Source of the DNA: Botryllus schlosseri
Taxonomy: Eukaryota
Direction of reading: 5' to 3'
Length of the DNA: 64,000 nt
Assembly (NCBI GenBank): GCA_051294905.1
Contig: CM119371.1
Span: 24,864,001-24,928,000, forward strand
This document shows positions 40,452 to 51,658 of the stretch, piece after piece. The notes beneath the pieces are model-generated. The model saw nothing but the letters and a program-made list of their open reading frames with translations. It was not told where the DNA came from and ran no database searches. Position numbers and translations under genes: made by a program. Each line of letters opens with the position of its first letter. The stretch's first letter is position 1.

Positions 40452-40996
40452 ATAACTCGAAAGAATGTTCCTGAAAGCCGAATTGTTTAGATTGGGTGTG
40501 AATATCAGGGCGATTGTGATCTGTCGGTAGATTGCAAGATCCAATCGAGAGTCACAAAATACAAACCATATGACTTATTGGGTGAAAGGGCAATATTGAC
40601 AAGAATTTGTCATTACTCGTGGATTGATAGTCCACGGAGATTTCTGCATTTGTTGAGTAGAAAGCGATTTACTAGTGATCACCCCCTGGTCTGAATCGGA
40701 ATAAAAGAAATAAAGCTACTTCAATATATCACATATGTAGTTGAAATTTGGTTTTTATTCATTCTGAATATGCATCGGTCCATGATCTAGTTTGAACACT
40801 ACATAATATATATCATTTCCTATATAAAGTCAGATATAATCGCAATTTGATGTAAGTTGAGTTTCGGGGCATGAGAACACAAACCCACAAATTACCGGAC
40901 ATGACGATATCTAGAGTTCGCCATTTCGTCGACATCTTTGATGCTAGATTAGCCATCATACGACTTGGTTAACTTCATCTAGCCTACGCCATATAC

Positions 40997-41698
40997 CAGG
41001 GGTGGGCAATTCTTTATCTAGCTAGCCAAATTAAAAGCAGGAAATACGTTGGCGGGCCGAGTCAAAAATGTGAATGATATTCTGCGGCATATTAGTTGTT
41101 ATAAATTGACACAGTGAATTACATTGTTCATACATGCTTCCCAGTATTTGTATTGATATTAGGACATGGGAAAGTGACGGGTAATAATATCATAATTCAT
41201 AACAACGGTAACATCATAACTTTAAACTATATTTTATTGCACAGACACGTTTTTCTAGTAAGACATAGAAATGAATTTAGGATACTACAATTCCTGTCTT
41301 GGTCACCGCCTCCCAAGTAGGATGTAGCTTGGTGAAATAGCCTTGTTGCTGATGGAAACTAGCAGTGTTTTCCAAATTCGCCCCCCCCTGGCCGAGTGTC
41401 TATCTTCGTGTTTTTTGTCATCAAACAGACCTAAAATATACTCCACTGCGACCTGCTCGCAACAGACTAAGATGATGGGTTCACCTCTGACTCCAGTATA
41501 CAAATCTATTTTGGAATTTCGGCAGTCGGCCCGCACCTTCCATTCTTGGCATGCCGCGAAAATCGATGATCGCTTATGGGCGGGATGACTGATCAAGCAC
41601 AGACACTGGACACTGATTGACATGTTTTACTAATTGGGGACTTGCAAATGTATCACGTAACAATTTGGATTGGGCGGGCTGGGTGCCTGAGACCGCTG
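40997..41698. mobile_element. hAT non-autonomous element
   Basis: Starts caggggtgggcaa, ends gagaccgctg; TSD ccatatac / ccatatag. Confidence 0.7.
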
Positions 41699-43014
41699 CC
41701 ATATAGGGCTATAAAAAGGATTATATCGTAACCTTGTGTGGTACATGTGTCTCTGCGCACGCGAAAAACAGACAAGTTCGAAATAATTGCAGTCGCCAGC
41801 AAATACATTTGTTAAGAAAAAAACATGAAAATTGCTAATTCTATTGCTAGTCCGTGTAAGCTTTGATCATTTTCTACGTTTGTCACATGCTGAAAATTTC
41901 AGATGTAAACTATGTAACAAAGTATGAAGGGTACGGTGAACTGTTTCCAGAACTGGACTTGATTGCTAACGAATAAAACGGCGTCCGTTACCTTGGCTTT
42001 GAAGACCGCAATGATCAGAGAGTCTCTGGAGTCAATATTAACGGACCATGATTGTATTCGTATTGCTAAATCTACAGTTCCTTATAAACCGGAATCACAT
42101 TTGATTATTTTACAACGTTCAATCGTTAATATTCTAACTGTAGACATTCTATAGCGATCATTATATTCTACCCGTCATATCATTAATAGTATTCCTTTTA
42201 TTAAAAGTTTATGCAAACATATGAGTAGTAAGGTTGGATCAAATATACGCCCCGCCCCTCAGGCTATTTAGAATGTAAACACTCTCATAATATAATTAAC
42301 GTCGGACTATGCCTGGTCCATGCTTCCGAGAAATAAATAACATTCATAATACGTTGGATGATACTTTCCTTAGATATTCTAATATGTGTATTTAGGACTA
42401 ATATTCTAATATGTGTATTTAGGACTAATGCGACAACTTCGAAAACGCGTACTGAGCTGTTTTAGGAATATGAACACTATGTATTGATAATAACTTGCCT
42501 CCGAGAAATGCCACGTCGAAGTGATCTTTGTGGATTTGAACTAACTATTGCGTAAACGTGATATACTAAATTGTTTTTTGAATTTCAATACCGATTCTCC
42601 ATGTGTATTTAGCAATATGTATTGATAATAACTTGCTTCCGAGAAATAAATAAAAACACGAGTCCAGATTCCGTTAAGTGAATTATTTTTAGGTATTAAT
42701 CTTTACGAAAAATTGACGTAGTTCCAATAATACACTATATTTTAATTTTTAAAAATTACTAATCCGCGTGAGTCGAGGTTTTCTTAAGTAAATTATTTTC
42801 TTATTGTCTCCACATTTTTCCATACCAGTTTTTGAGAATATGAATTCTCGCGTAACACACTAAATGTTGACTCCCCATGAGTCGAGATGTCGCTAAGTAA
42901 TTTATCAACTACGCATGATTTTATGTGAATTTCATCGATGGTGTCCGAGTTCTATATGACATAAGTACAATTCCAGCATCGGTATTTGCAATAAATCCGA
43001 AAAATTAGGTTCGC

Positions 43015-43355
43015 ACCTTTTCGCAATTTATGCAGCTATTCGCGCAGACTTTGCCGCATTTGCTGTATCTGAAGTAGAGTTTCAGCGTCGTTATTCGCTA
43101 TAAGCCGAGAAATGCACCTTCGCGCAATTTATATAGCCAAACGCATTAACTTTACTGCATCTGAAGTAGACTTTCAGCGTCGTTATTTGTTATAAGCCGA
43201 GAAATGTACCTTCGCGCAATTTTTACAGGCGGTCTCACACAGTTTGCTGCGTCTGAAGTAAAATTTCAGCGTCGTTGTTTGCTATAAGCCGGGAAATTAG
43301 AGTCGCTGCTTCGCATCATTTTACAGGCAGTCTCACACAGTTTGCTGCATCTGAG
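43015..43355. repeat. Tandem repeat, ~92-bp unit, 3-4 copies
   Basis: Recurring tctgaagtag..tttcagcgtcgtt..tataagccgagaaat. Confidence 0.85.
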
Positions 43356-43975
43356 CTTCATACTAATACATGCATAATTTTTGCATGACGAGAATACGGG
43401 TAATACGGTCAATAAACGCCGGAGGCGAGTCATTTGAACCTTGTTGCTAGATAATACCGCTTTCGGCTACAACAAAGTTGCCCTGCAACAAAAAATAGAA
43501 GCCCTAATGATCATGCAGAGGAAAGTTCAATTATACATCGAATTATTCGAATAGACTATCTACATTGTGTAGGTATGAAGTGAAATAGAACGGAGTTCAC
43601 GCAAAAGTTGCTATTGATCATATACCAAGCTTGCTTTCAGAGCTGGAAACTAAATGCATATGAAAATTTACCTAGGTTTTCCCCGCACGCATCAAATGTA
43701 GGCCTACTCAAGTGTTTATGAGGTGGCGAATAGTAGGTTGTTGGCATGCAAGGACGTCACATAGAATTGTGGAGTTTTCTGTAAACTATAATCCAGTGAT
43801 CTATTTTCAATCACTATATTTTTCAATAATCTAAACTAAGTACTGTTAGTAGGCAAACCCTAGGAAAGTATCCTCTGATAAAAGCAGGAGTAATTTGTTA
43901 TCCGTGAAATTAATAGATGGTGCGCAATATGAGCGGTGCCGCGATGACTGACAAATACTTTGAAATAATGTATAG

Positions 43976-44176
43976 AATGTTAGGAGCGAATATAGTAGAA
44001 AGTTCACGTCTGGACATCTGTAAGCAGGTGCGCATACTACCGTAGTAAAACGCATAACAGAATTCACGCGGGTGCTGCTATAATGTTAGGAGCGAATATA
44101 GTAGAAAGTCCACGTCTGGACACCTGTATGCAGATGCGCATACTACCGTAGTAAAACGCATAACAGAATGCACGCA
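43976..44176. repeat. ~106-bp tandem duplication with a third copy near 44620
   Basis: aatgttaggagcgaatatagtagaaagt...cgcataacagaat is repeated. A separate 52-bp duplication lies at 44373-44474. Confidence 0.85.
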
Positions 44177-44937
44177 AAATTCGATATTACTTTGTGATGA
44201 TTTTGATGTTGTTCCATACCGATTGGGAAGATAGGACTCCTAATTTCCTAACTAACTACATAACCCCTAGTAACATAGTCGGACGCATAACGGAATTTAC
44301 GCAAAATCGGTATTGCTCTGCGATAATTTTGACCACTACGATTCGAAATATTGTTAACTAACTTATGTTTTCGACATAAGATAAGCGTGTAGTGTACAAA
44401 TTTCGATGTTGCGCAAATACCACAGACATAAGATAAGCGTGTAGTGTACAAATTTCGATGTTGCGCAAATACCACGATTTTACATCGAATTATTCGAATC
44501 GACTACGTACATTGTATAGGTATGAGGTGAAATAAAACGGATTTACGCAAAAGTTCGACACTAAAACGTCGACGGTGTCTTATAAAGTAATAATGTAAGC
44601 TGCGATGGATGCTGCTATATAATGCTAGTAGCGAATATAGTAGAAAGTCCGCATCTGGATGAATGTAAGCAGGTGCGCTTAGTAACGTAGTAAATCGCAT
44701 AACAGAATTTACATAAATTGCTACTTCTACCTTAATTTAATGGATTTATCTGAGATCATTGCTTTACTTAATCTCTCCAAAATGTGCATTATACAAGTAC
44801 GTCACCATCGAAACCATCTACCTATAACTAGCTGACAGTATAATTGTAGGAAATACTCGAGTACTAATTTTAAAGTAACTTAGATATCTAAATGAGCTCT
44901 GAGTCGTTGTTATCTCGCATCTTGTACTTGTATTCGC

Positions 44938-45202
44938 ACTTTACCTTTACACGTCGTTTTTGTATAATGGATACTAATTTTATTAAAAATACACAAAAAG
45001 CGCGAAAAATACATTTTATCCCGGAACGGAGCAAGAAAATGCGTATGAATTTTGTAAAGTAGATATTATATTCTATTATGTGTATTTAGGGCTAATGCGA
45101 CATCACTATGTTAGCGACAGGCCTGTTCGCTCTTTTTATTTTTTATTTTTTCAATAAAATTAATATTCATTTTACAAAAAACGTCGTGTAAAGGTAAAGT
45201 AC
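44938..45202. repeat. Imperfect inverted repeat, arms about 70 bp
   Basis: actttacctttacacgtcgtttttgta versus tacaaaaaacgtcgtgtaaaggtaaagt. A direct copy of the left part is at 45565-45675. Confidence 0.8.
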
Positions 45203-45949
45203 TTGTACATTTCGTAGTGCTCAAGTATAAGTTTTTAAAGTATTAACTTGATAAAATTTTCAGAATAGAGACTTTTGCGTAAAGTCTGTCTTGCATTTAG
45301 TTATTCATGTTCTGAAGTCTCATACATGCACCGACTCTGTGCATTCAATGTGGGGGGTAGCTGACTTGGAGACAGAAAAACACACATATTTGACCGTAAC
45401 ATGGTCTTAGTATGAACCGACATGCATTCGACTTGTGGGAAAATGTCTCGCATACTATTTCACCGAGATTACAACCCTTTCACGGATATCCGTTGGTGCT
45501 ATCGATACGGTGAACAGCACGTTATGTATAGCGATATCTCCACAGTCAAATACGCGAACCATGCACGTTTTTGTAAAATGAATACTAATATTATTGAAAA
45601 AATAAAAAATAAAAAGAGCGAAAAATTACATTTTATCCCGGAACGCAACAAGAAAAATCGTATGAATTTGTAAACTACTTATTCATGACATAATAATAAT
45701 TCTACTTGTACACTTTTTCACACTTTATAACACTTTAAGTAGTACTTAACAGTTTCAGTTTTAAATAAAATACGGAATATAAACTAATCGAAAAATTCGG
45801 TTACCAATTTCGCGTAGGCTATGCATACAAATGAGGAAAGTTACATCAACGCGTGTTAACTAGTTGTATCGAGTTATCGAATGATTTTTTTCTTTACATC
45901 AAAATAACTAGAGTGTGTAACTACATTAAAAACGTATCTAAATGAGCTC

Positions 45950-47115
45950 CAGGTCATTGTGATTATGCAGCATACCAAATTTCATCACACATTTCATGAT
46001 GGAACAACTTTAAAACTAACGCAGTTCTATAGCAACTTTTGCCTAAATCTGTTTTCGGCAGCATGTACATATCCATAGTCAGCTTTAATAACAGAATTAC
46101 CATACTAATATGTGACTCCTCACCTTGAAACTTGGTACGTAGTTGTAGGACATTGTGATTATGCAGCATACCAAATTTCTTCACGCATTTCATAATGGAA
46201 CAACTTTAAAACTAACGCGGCTCTACATCGACTTTTTTGCGTACATCTGTTTTGCGGGAGCGTATAGCACGTACCTATACATAGTCAACTTTAATAACGG
46301 AATTACCATGCTCAACATTGAATCCCAACTCTAAACTTGATTCGTAGTTGTAGGACATTGTGGCAATGCACCATGCTAAATTTCATCGCACATCTAATGA
46401 TGGATCACCTTTAAAACTAACGCAGTCGAATACCGACTTTTAAGCATATCTGTTTTGCGTGAACATAGCATATACCTATGCATAGTCAATTTTAATAGCA
46501 GAATTACCGTGTTAAACATTGAATTCCCACCCTGAAAGTTGGTACGCGATTATAGGACACTATAACAATGCACCATACCAAATCCAATCACACATTTCAT
46601 GATGGAACAACTTTAAAACTAACGCGGCTCTACATCGACTTTTTGCGTATATCTGTTTTGCGGGGGGGGGGGGGGGGCGTATAGCACGTACTCATACATA
46701 GCTAACTTTAATAACGGAATTACCATGCTTAACATTGAATCCCAACTCTAAACTTGATACGTAGTTGTAGGACATTATGGCAATGAACCATGCTAAATTT
46801 CATCACACATGTAATGATGGAACACCTTTGAAACTATCGCATTCGAATACCGACTTTTACACATATCTGTTTTTCGTGAACATAGCATATACCCATACAT
46901 AGTCAATTTTAATAACAGAATTAGCATGCTAAACCTTAAATTCTCACCTTGAACGTTGGTACCCAGTTGTAGGACATAATAACAATGCACCATACCAAAT
47001 TTCGTCAGGCATTTCATGATGTAACACTTTCAAAACCAACGCAGTTCTATACAGGCTTTTGGCTAAATCTGTTTTTCCGTAGCGTAGCACGTACCTATAC
47101 ATAGTCAACTTTAAT
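45950..47115. repeat. Satellite-like tandem array, ~200-bp unit, about 6 copies
   Basis: Units begin near 45953, 46147, 46352, 46553, 46769 and 46971 (aggacattgtg..atgcaccataccaaatttc..atagtcaactttaata..aaacttggtacgtagttgt). Confidence 0.9.
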
Positions 47116-47121
47116 ATCAAT

Positions 47122-48022
47122 ACATGTTTATCGTAAGTCCTACACAGTCATGATATCCGGCCGAGTTTGACTTTTAGAAAACATTATACCGACATCGCGA
47201 CATCTTACAAAATTGAAACCGCGGTGACTGCTTGAGAGACCTACCAGTGATATCGCGGTAATCTAGTTACTTCCACAAAATAGTATGTATTCAACTTACT
47301 TTCCACAAATCTAACGCGCAAAACAATTTACTTTGCTAACGAAAAGTACTGAGTCATCATATCATTATCCACGCAACAATACACCTAAAACATACTATCG
47401 TACAAAATGGTCGCTAACCTCTTTGTGCACCAGCTGTAAATCTCACAAGCAACAAGTTTCAAGATTCCAGTTATTGAAAAAATGTTAAAGTGTTTCTCCT
47501 GCGCCAAGTCGTTATGTTGACGAAAGCGTATATTGTAATATCATGATCGATTTGCATTCGTTGCTCACAAACTGTCACTACTCTAAATAATTATTTTTCA
47601 CTCAAACACAACAGCATACTTGTCGCCATTCGTTTTCATCAAGCACGAGTTCAATAAACTTACTTACTACGACATGAATTGGTATTTTTATGTTGTGTAA
47701 ATAGGTAATAATTAATTTTAGTAACACTATACCAACATCATCGAGTTGTGCGAATAGATTTACATGTGGTGTTATGGTTTTAATCGAAGTACACTGCACG
47801 ATCTAATGTAGAGTCATCTCTATTGTATAGCAACTCGGTAATCGAAATGCATGCATTAACATTTAAACAGCGATCGTGTTTCGTCACGCGAAAAATATGT
47901 TCACTACTGCGATACTCTGCACAGGGCATGCAAATCCTTTTCACATTCGTAATAGTATACCAACGGCTACCGGCGACAACGTTTAACAATACCAACGACA
48001 CTAAACATACGATACCTACCCA
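47122..48022. repeat. Diverged inverted copy of 55404-56288
   Basis: Colinear reverse-complement similarity with many substitutions; also a direct copy of 51659-52032. Confidence 0.85.
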
Positions 48023-49205
48023 ATCTGCAAATTGTTTCGATTTATTCTGTCTGTTTCAATTTAAGATAAGGAAGCCCATTTCACTCAATGTATCGATGCC
48101 TACGGTACTCTACAAAATTTTCTGATTAATTCGCCCTATGCTTATTTATCACAAGAAAGATGATTTGATACCTAAAGTACGAAATACTTTTTCGCTTGAG
48201 CTAAGCCGCAGCGCCTGGAGTGGAATTTTACGGGGTATGTGGACTCATTTCGTAGGGCTCTATGCCATAGGAGCATACTTTACGCTCCAATTCGATTCCC
48301 ACACATTCCATATAATTACTAACAGAACCATTGAGTACCAGCCTTGACATTTTCCGTAGTACTAGATGGCATGTATACAATTTCACGACATCCGACATTA
48401 CGACGAAGACTATCAAAATATCGAAAGAAGCCCTCTATTCTTTTCTGAAATAATCAAGGTTTTATCAGGAATTCCCTTCATATAAACTCCAGCAGAATCA
48501 CTAATAACCTCTCAAGTGTACTCAATTTACTCTAATTTGATACTCGTGTACCAAATCCCTATTTTCCGCAAGTATGATAGAGGCTATCGCTCGATACTCA
48601 ACGATTCGTAATTTTGCTGGAATACAAGTACAATTAGTTTAAAGTAGTTTGAGGTTACGTTTGTATCACCTCGACAAGTGCTATTATCAAAAAATGCTTT
48701 TGCTAAACTCTTACACTTTCACTAAACTTCTACACTGAATCTTGTAAAGTAGATAGAAAAGGAAAACTATTAACATTAGGTAAGTGAGAAGCACGCAAAT
48801 TTCGATTGCATACAAATGCCACAAACTGCGCTAACTTCCAGAGTTGTTAAGTATAGAAGTACTCGTACGTCTTGAGAATACCCAAGTAGGTTTTTTTGCC
48901 TACATGTACCAAATACTCTCAAGTCCTTATGATATTGGAGTACATCAACTTCATGATAGCTACAGTATTAAACAGAAATAGACCTAGAGTACTAACGTTT
49001 TTGTGCAGTGAGAGTTCGCAACTTATCGAAGTATTTTTGTTATTTTTATTGCGATAAGTCATTCTGCAGCGCAAAAAATGCGTCGTAGGATATAGATGAA
49101 ACTAGCACCACTCATCAAGACCGCTGATAACAGTACATTTCAACATTTAGTTGCAGTAAATTTCGAGTAAAGTACAAGAAGTGATGATTTCCGAGTGAGA
49201 TAAAA

Positions 49206-51558
49206 AGTAAGTATTGCAGGTATAGTTTACCTGAAAACCGAATACTCTGAAATAGAAGTAGATGCAGTGTAAATAGTTAATCACTTGATTAAGTATAGCG
49301 CAAGCAGATAAAACCTATACTTGAGTACTACAAAATACACGACTACTTCGCTATCGACTCCCTCCACGTAATAAGTGACTACGGTTTAAGACTGCTTTTA
49401 CCGATACTCGTCAGTTTCCGTTTTAGATAGAATTCGGAAACCAAATAATTTCATAAACATAAGCTAATTAAATGAATTTACTCGAATGTACTATGCCGCG
49501 CTGATAAGATTAATTATAATATACTTATCATGTTAGAGCGATTTTTCTAGCGTAGAAAATCTTTCAAATGTAGTAAGCAGGCCAATATGAAGATATTCGT
49601 TGAGCTGAATAAACATAAAAAATACTCTAGACGACTTTATCGGTACTTTACAGTTTCAGTTTTAGATAAAATTTGTCCCTTTCACTCCTCGCTATCTAAA
49701 CATGTTTAGAATATATTATTTGCGATGATACGAACCCGTAAAGTACTCAAGTAGCTTTTCGTTGGATATAGATGAAACTGACACCACTCACCAAGACCAC
49801 TGGCCCACTGACAAAAAGTACATTTCAACATTTTAGTAACAGTAAAGTCCTACTAAAGTACAAGAAGTCATGATTTCCGACTGAGTTAAAAAGTAAGTAT
49901 TGAAGGTATAGTTTGCTCGAAAACCGAAAAAACTCTGAAATAGAAGTAGATGCAGTGTAAATAGTCAATCACTTCATTTAGTATAGCGCAAGCAGGCCAA
50001 ACCTATACTTGAGTACTCCAAAATATACAAGTACTCCCTCCACGTAAAAAGCGACTAGGGTTTAGACTACTTTATCGGTACTTGACAGTTTTAGATAAAA
50101 TTTGGTGAGACTTTAAATTTAAAGTAGTTTGAGCTTACGTTTGTATCACCTTGACAAGTATCATTATCAGACATGAAAATGATACTATCACCTAATACAG
50201 AAGTTAACACACGTCAATGTGCTTCGGAATTCACGAGAAATTGCTTACTAAGAGAAGTATATTCTTGTATACACAATAGTGGAGAGAATCTTTAAAATGT
50301 AGTAAGCAGGGCGATGGGTATTCATTGAGTTGTATAAGCATAAAAAACATTCCCGCGCGCTCCTAAACCTAACACTTCCTACCCTACCACCTAATACTAA
50401 GACGCGCGCGGGAATGTTTTTTATGCTTATACAACTCAATGAATACCCATCGCCCTGCTTACTACATTTTAAAGATTCTCTCCACTATTGTGTATACAAG
50501 AATATACTTCTCTTAGTAAGCAATTTCTCGTGAATTCCGAAGCACATTGACGTGTGTTAACTTCTGTATTAGGTGATAGTATCATTTTCATGTCTGATAA
50601 TGATACTTGTCAAGGTGATACAAACGTAAGCTCAAACTACTTTAAATTTAAAGTCTCACCAAATTTTATCTAAAACTGTCAAGTACCGATAAAGTAGTCT
50701 AAACCCTAGTCGCTTTTTACGTGGAGGGAGTACTTGTATATTTTGGAGTACTCAAGTATAGGTTTGGCCTGCTTGCGCTATACTAAATGAAGTGATTGAC
50801 TATTTACACTGCATCTACTTCTATTTCAGAGTTTTTTCGGTTTTCGAGCAAACTATACCTTCAATACTTACTTTTTAACTCAGTCGGAAATCATGACTTC
50901 TTGTACTTTAGTAGGACTTTACTGTTACTAAAATGTTGAAATGTACTTTTTGTCAGTGGGCCAGTGGTCTTGGTGAGTGGTGTCAGTTTCATCTATATCC
51001 AACGAAAAGCTACTTGAGTACTTTACGGGTTCGTATCATCGCAAATAATATATTCTAAACATGTTTAGATAGCGAGGAGTGAAAGGGACAAATTTTATCT
51101 AAAACTGAAACTGTAAAGTACCGATAAAGTCGTCTAGAGTATTTTTTATGTTTATTCAGCTCAACGAATATCTTCATATTGGCCTGCTTACTACATTTGA
51201 AAGATTTTCTACGCTAGAAAAATCGCTCTAACATGATAAGTATATTATAATTAATCTTATCAGCGCGGCATAGTACATTCGAGTAAATTCATTTAATTAG
51301 CTTATGTTTATGAAATTATTTGGTTTCCGAATTCTATCTAAAACGGAAACTGACGAGTATCGGTAAAAGCAGTCTTAAACCGTAGTCACTTATTACGTGG
51401 AGGGAGTCGATAGCGAAGTAGTCGTGTATTTTGTAGTACTCAAGTATAGGTTTTATCTGCTTGCGCTATACTTAATCAAGTGATTAACTATTTACACTGC
51501 ATCTACTTCTATTTCAGAGTATTCGGTTTTCAGGTAAACTATACCTGCAATACTTACT
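49206..51558. repeat. Palindrome 1: 1155-bp arms, 43-bp spacer
   Basis: 49206-50360 is the reverse complement of 50404-51558 (coordinate sums constant at 100764). The right arm runs into the gap. Confidence 0.95.
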
Positions 51559-51658
51559 NNNNNNNNNNNNNNNNNNNNNNNNNNNNNNNNNNNNNNNNNN
51601 NNNNNNNNNNNNNNNNNNNNNNNNNNNNNNNNNNNNNNNNNNNNNNNNNNNNNNNNNN
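51559..51658. other. Assembly gap (100 N)
   Basis: Run of N. Confidence 0.99.

Noticed and set aside
46662..46678. Long G homopolymer as a functional G4 site
   Set aside because: The paralogous satellite unit has gcgggagcg here; a local expansion or sequencing error is more likely.
50361..50403. Palindrome spacer as a leftover PacBio SMRTbell adapter
   Set aside because: It does not resemble the ATCTCTCTC...GAGAGAGAT adapter. Other artifact routes remain open.
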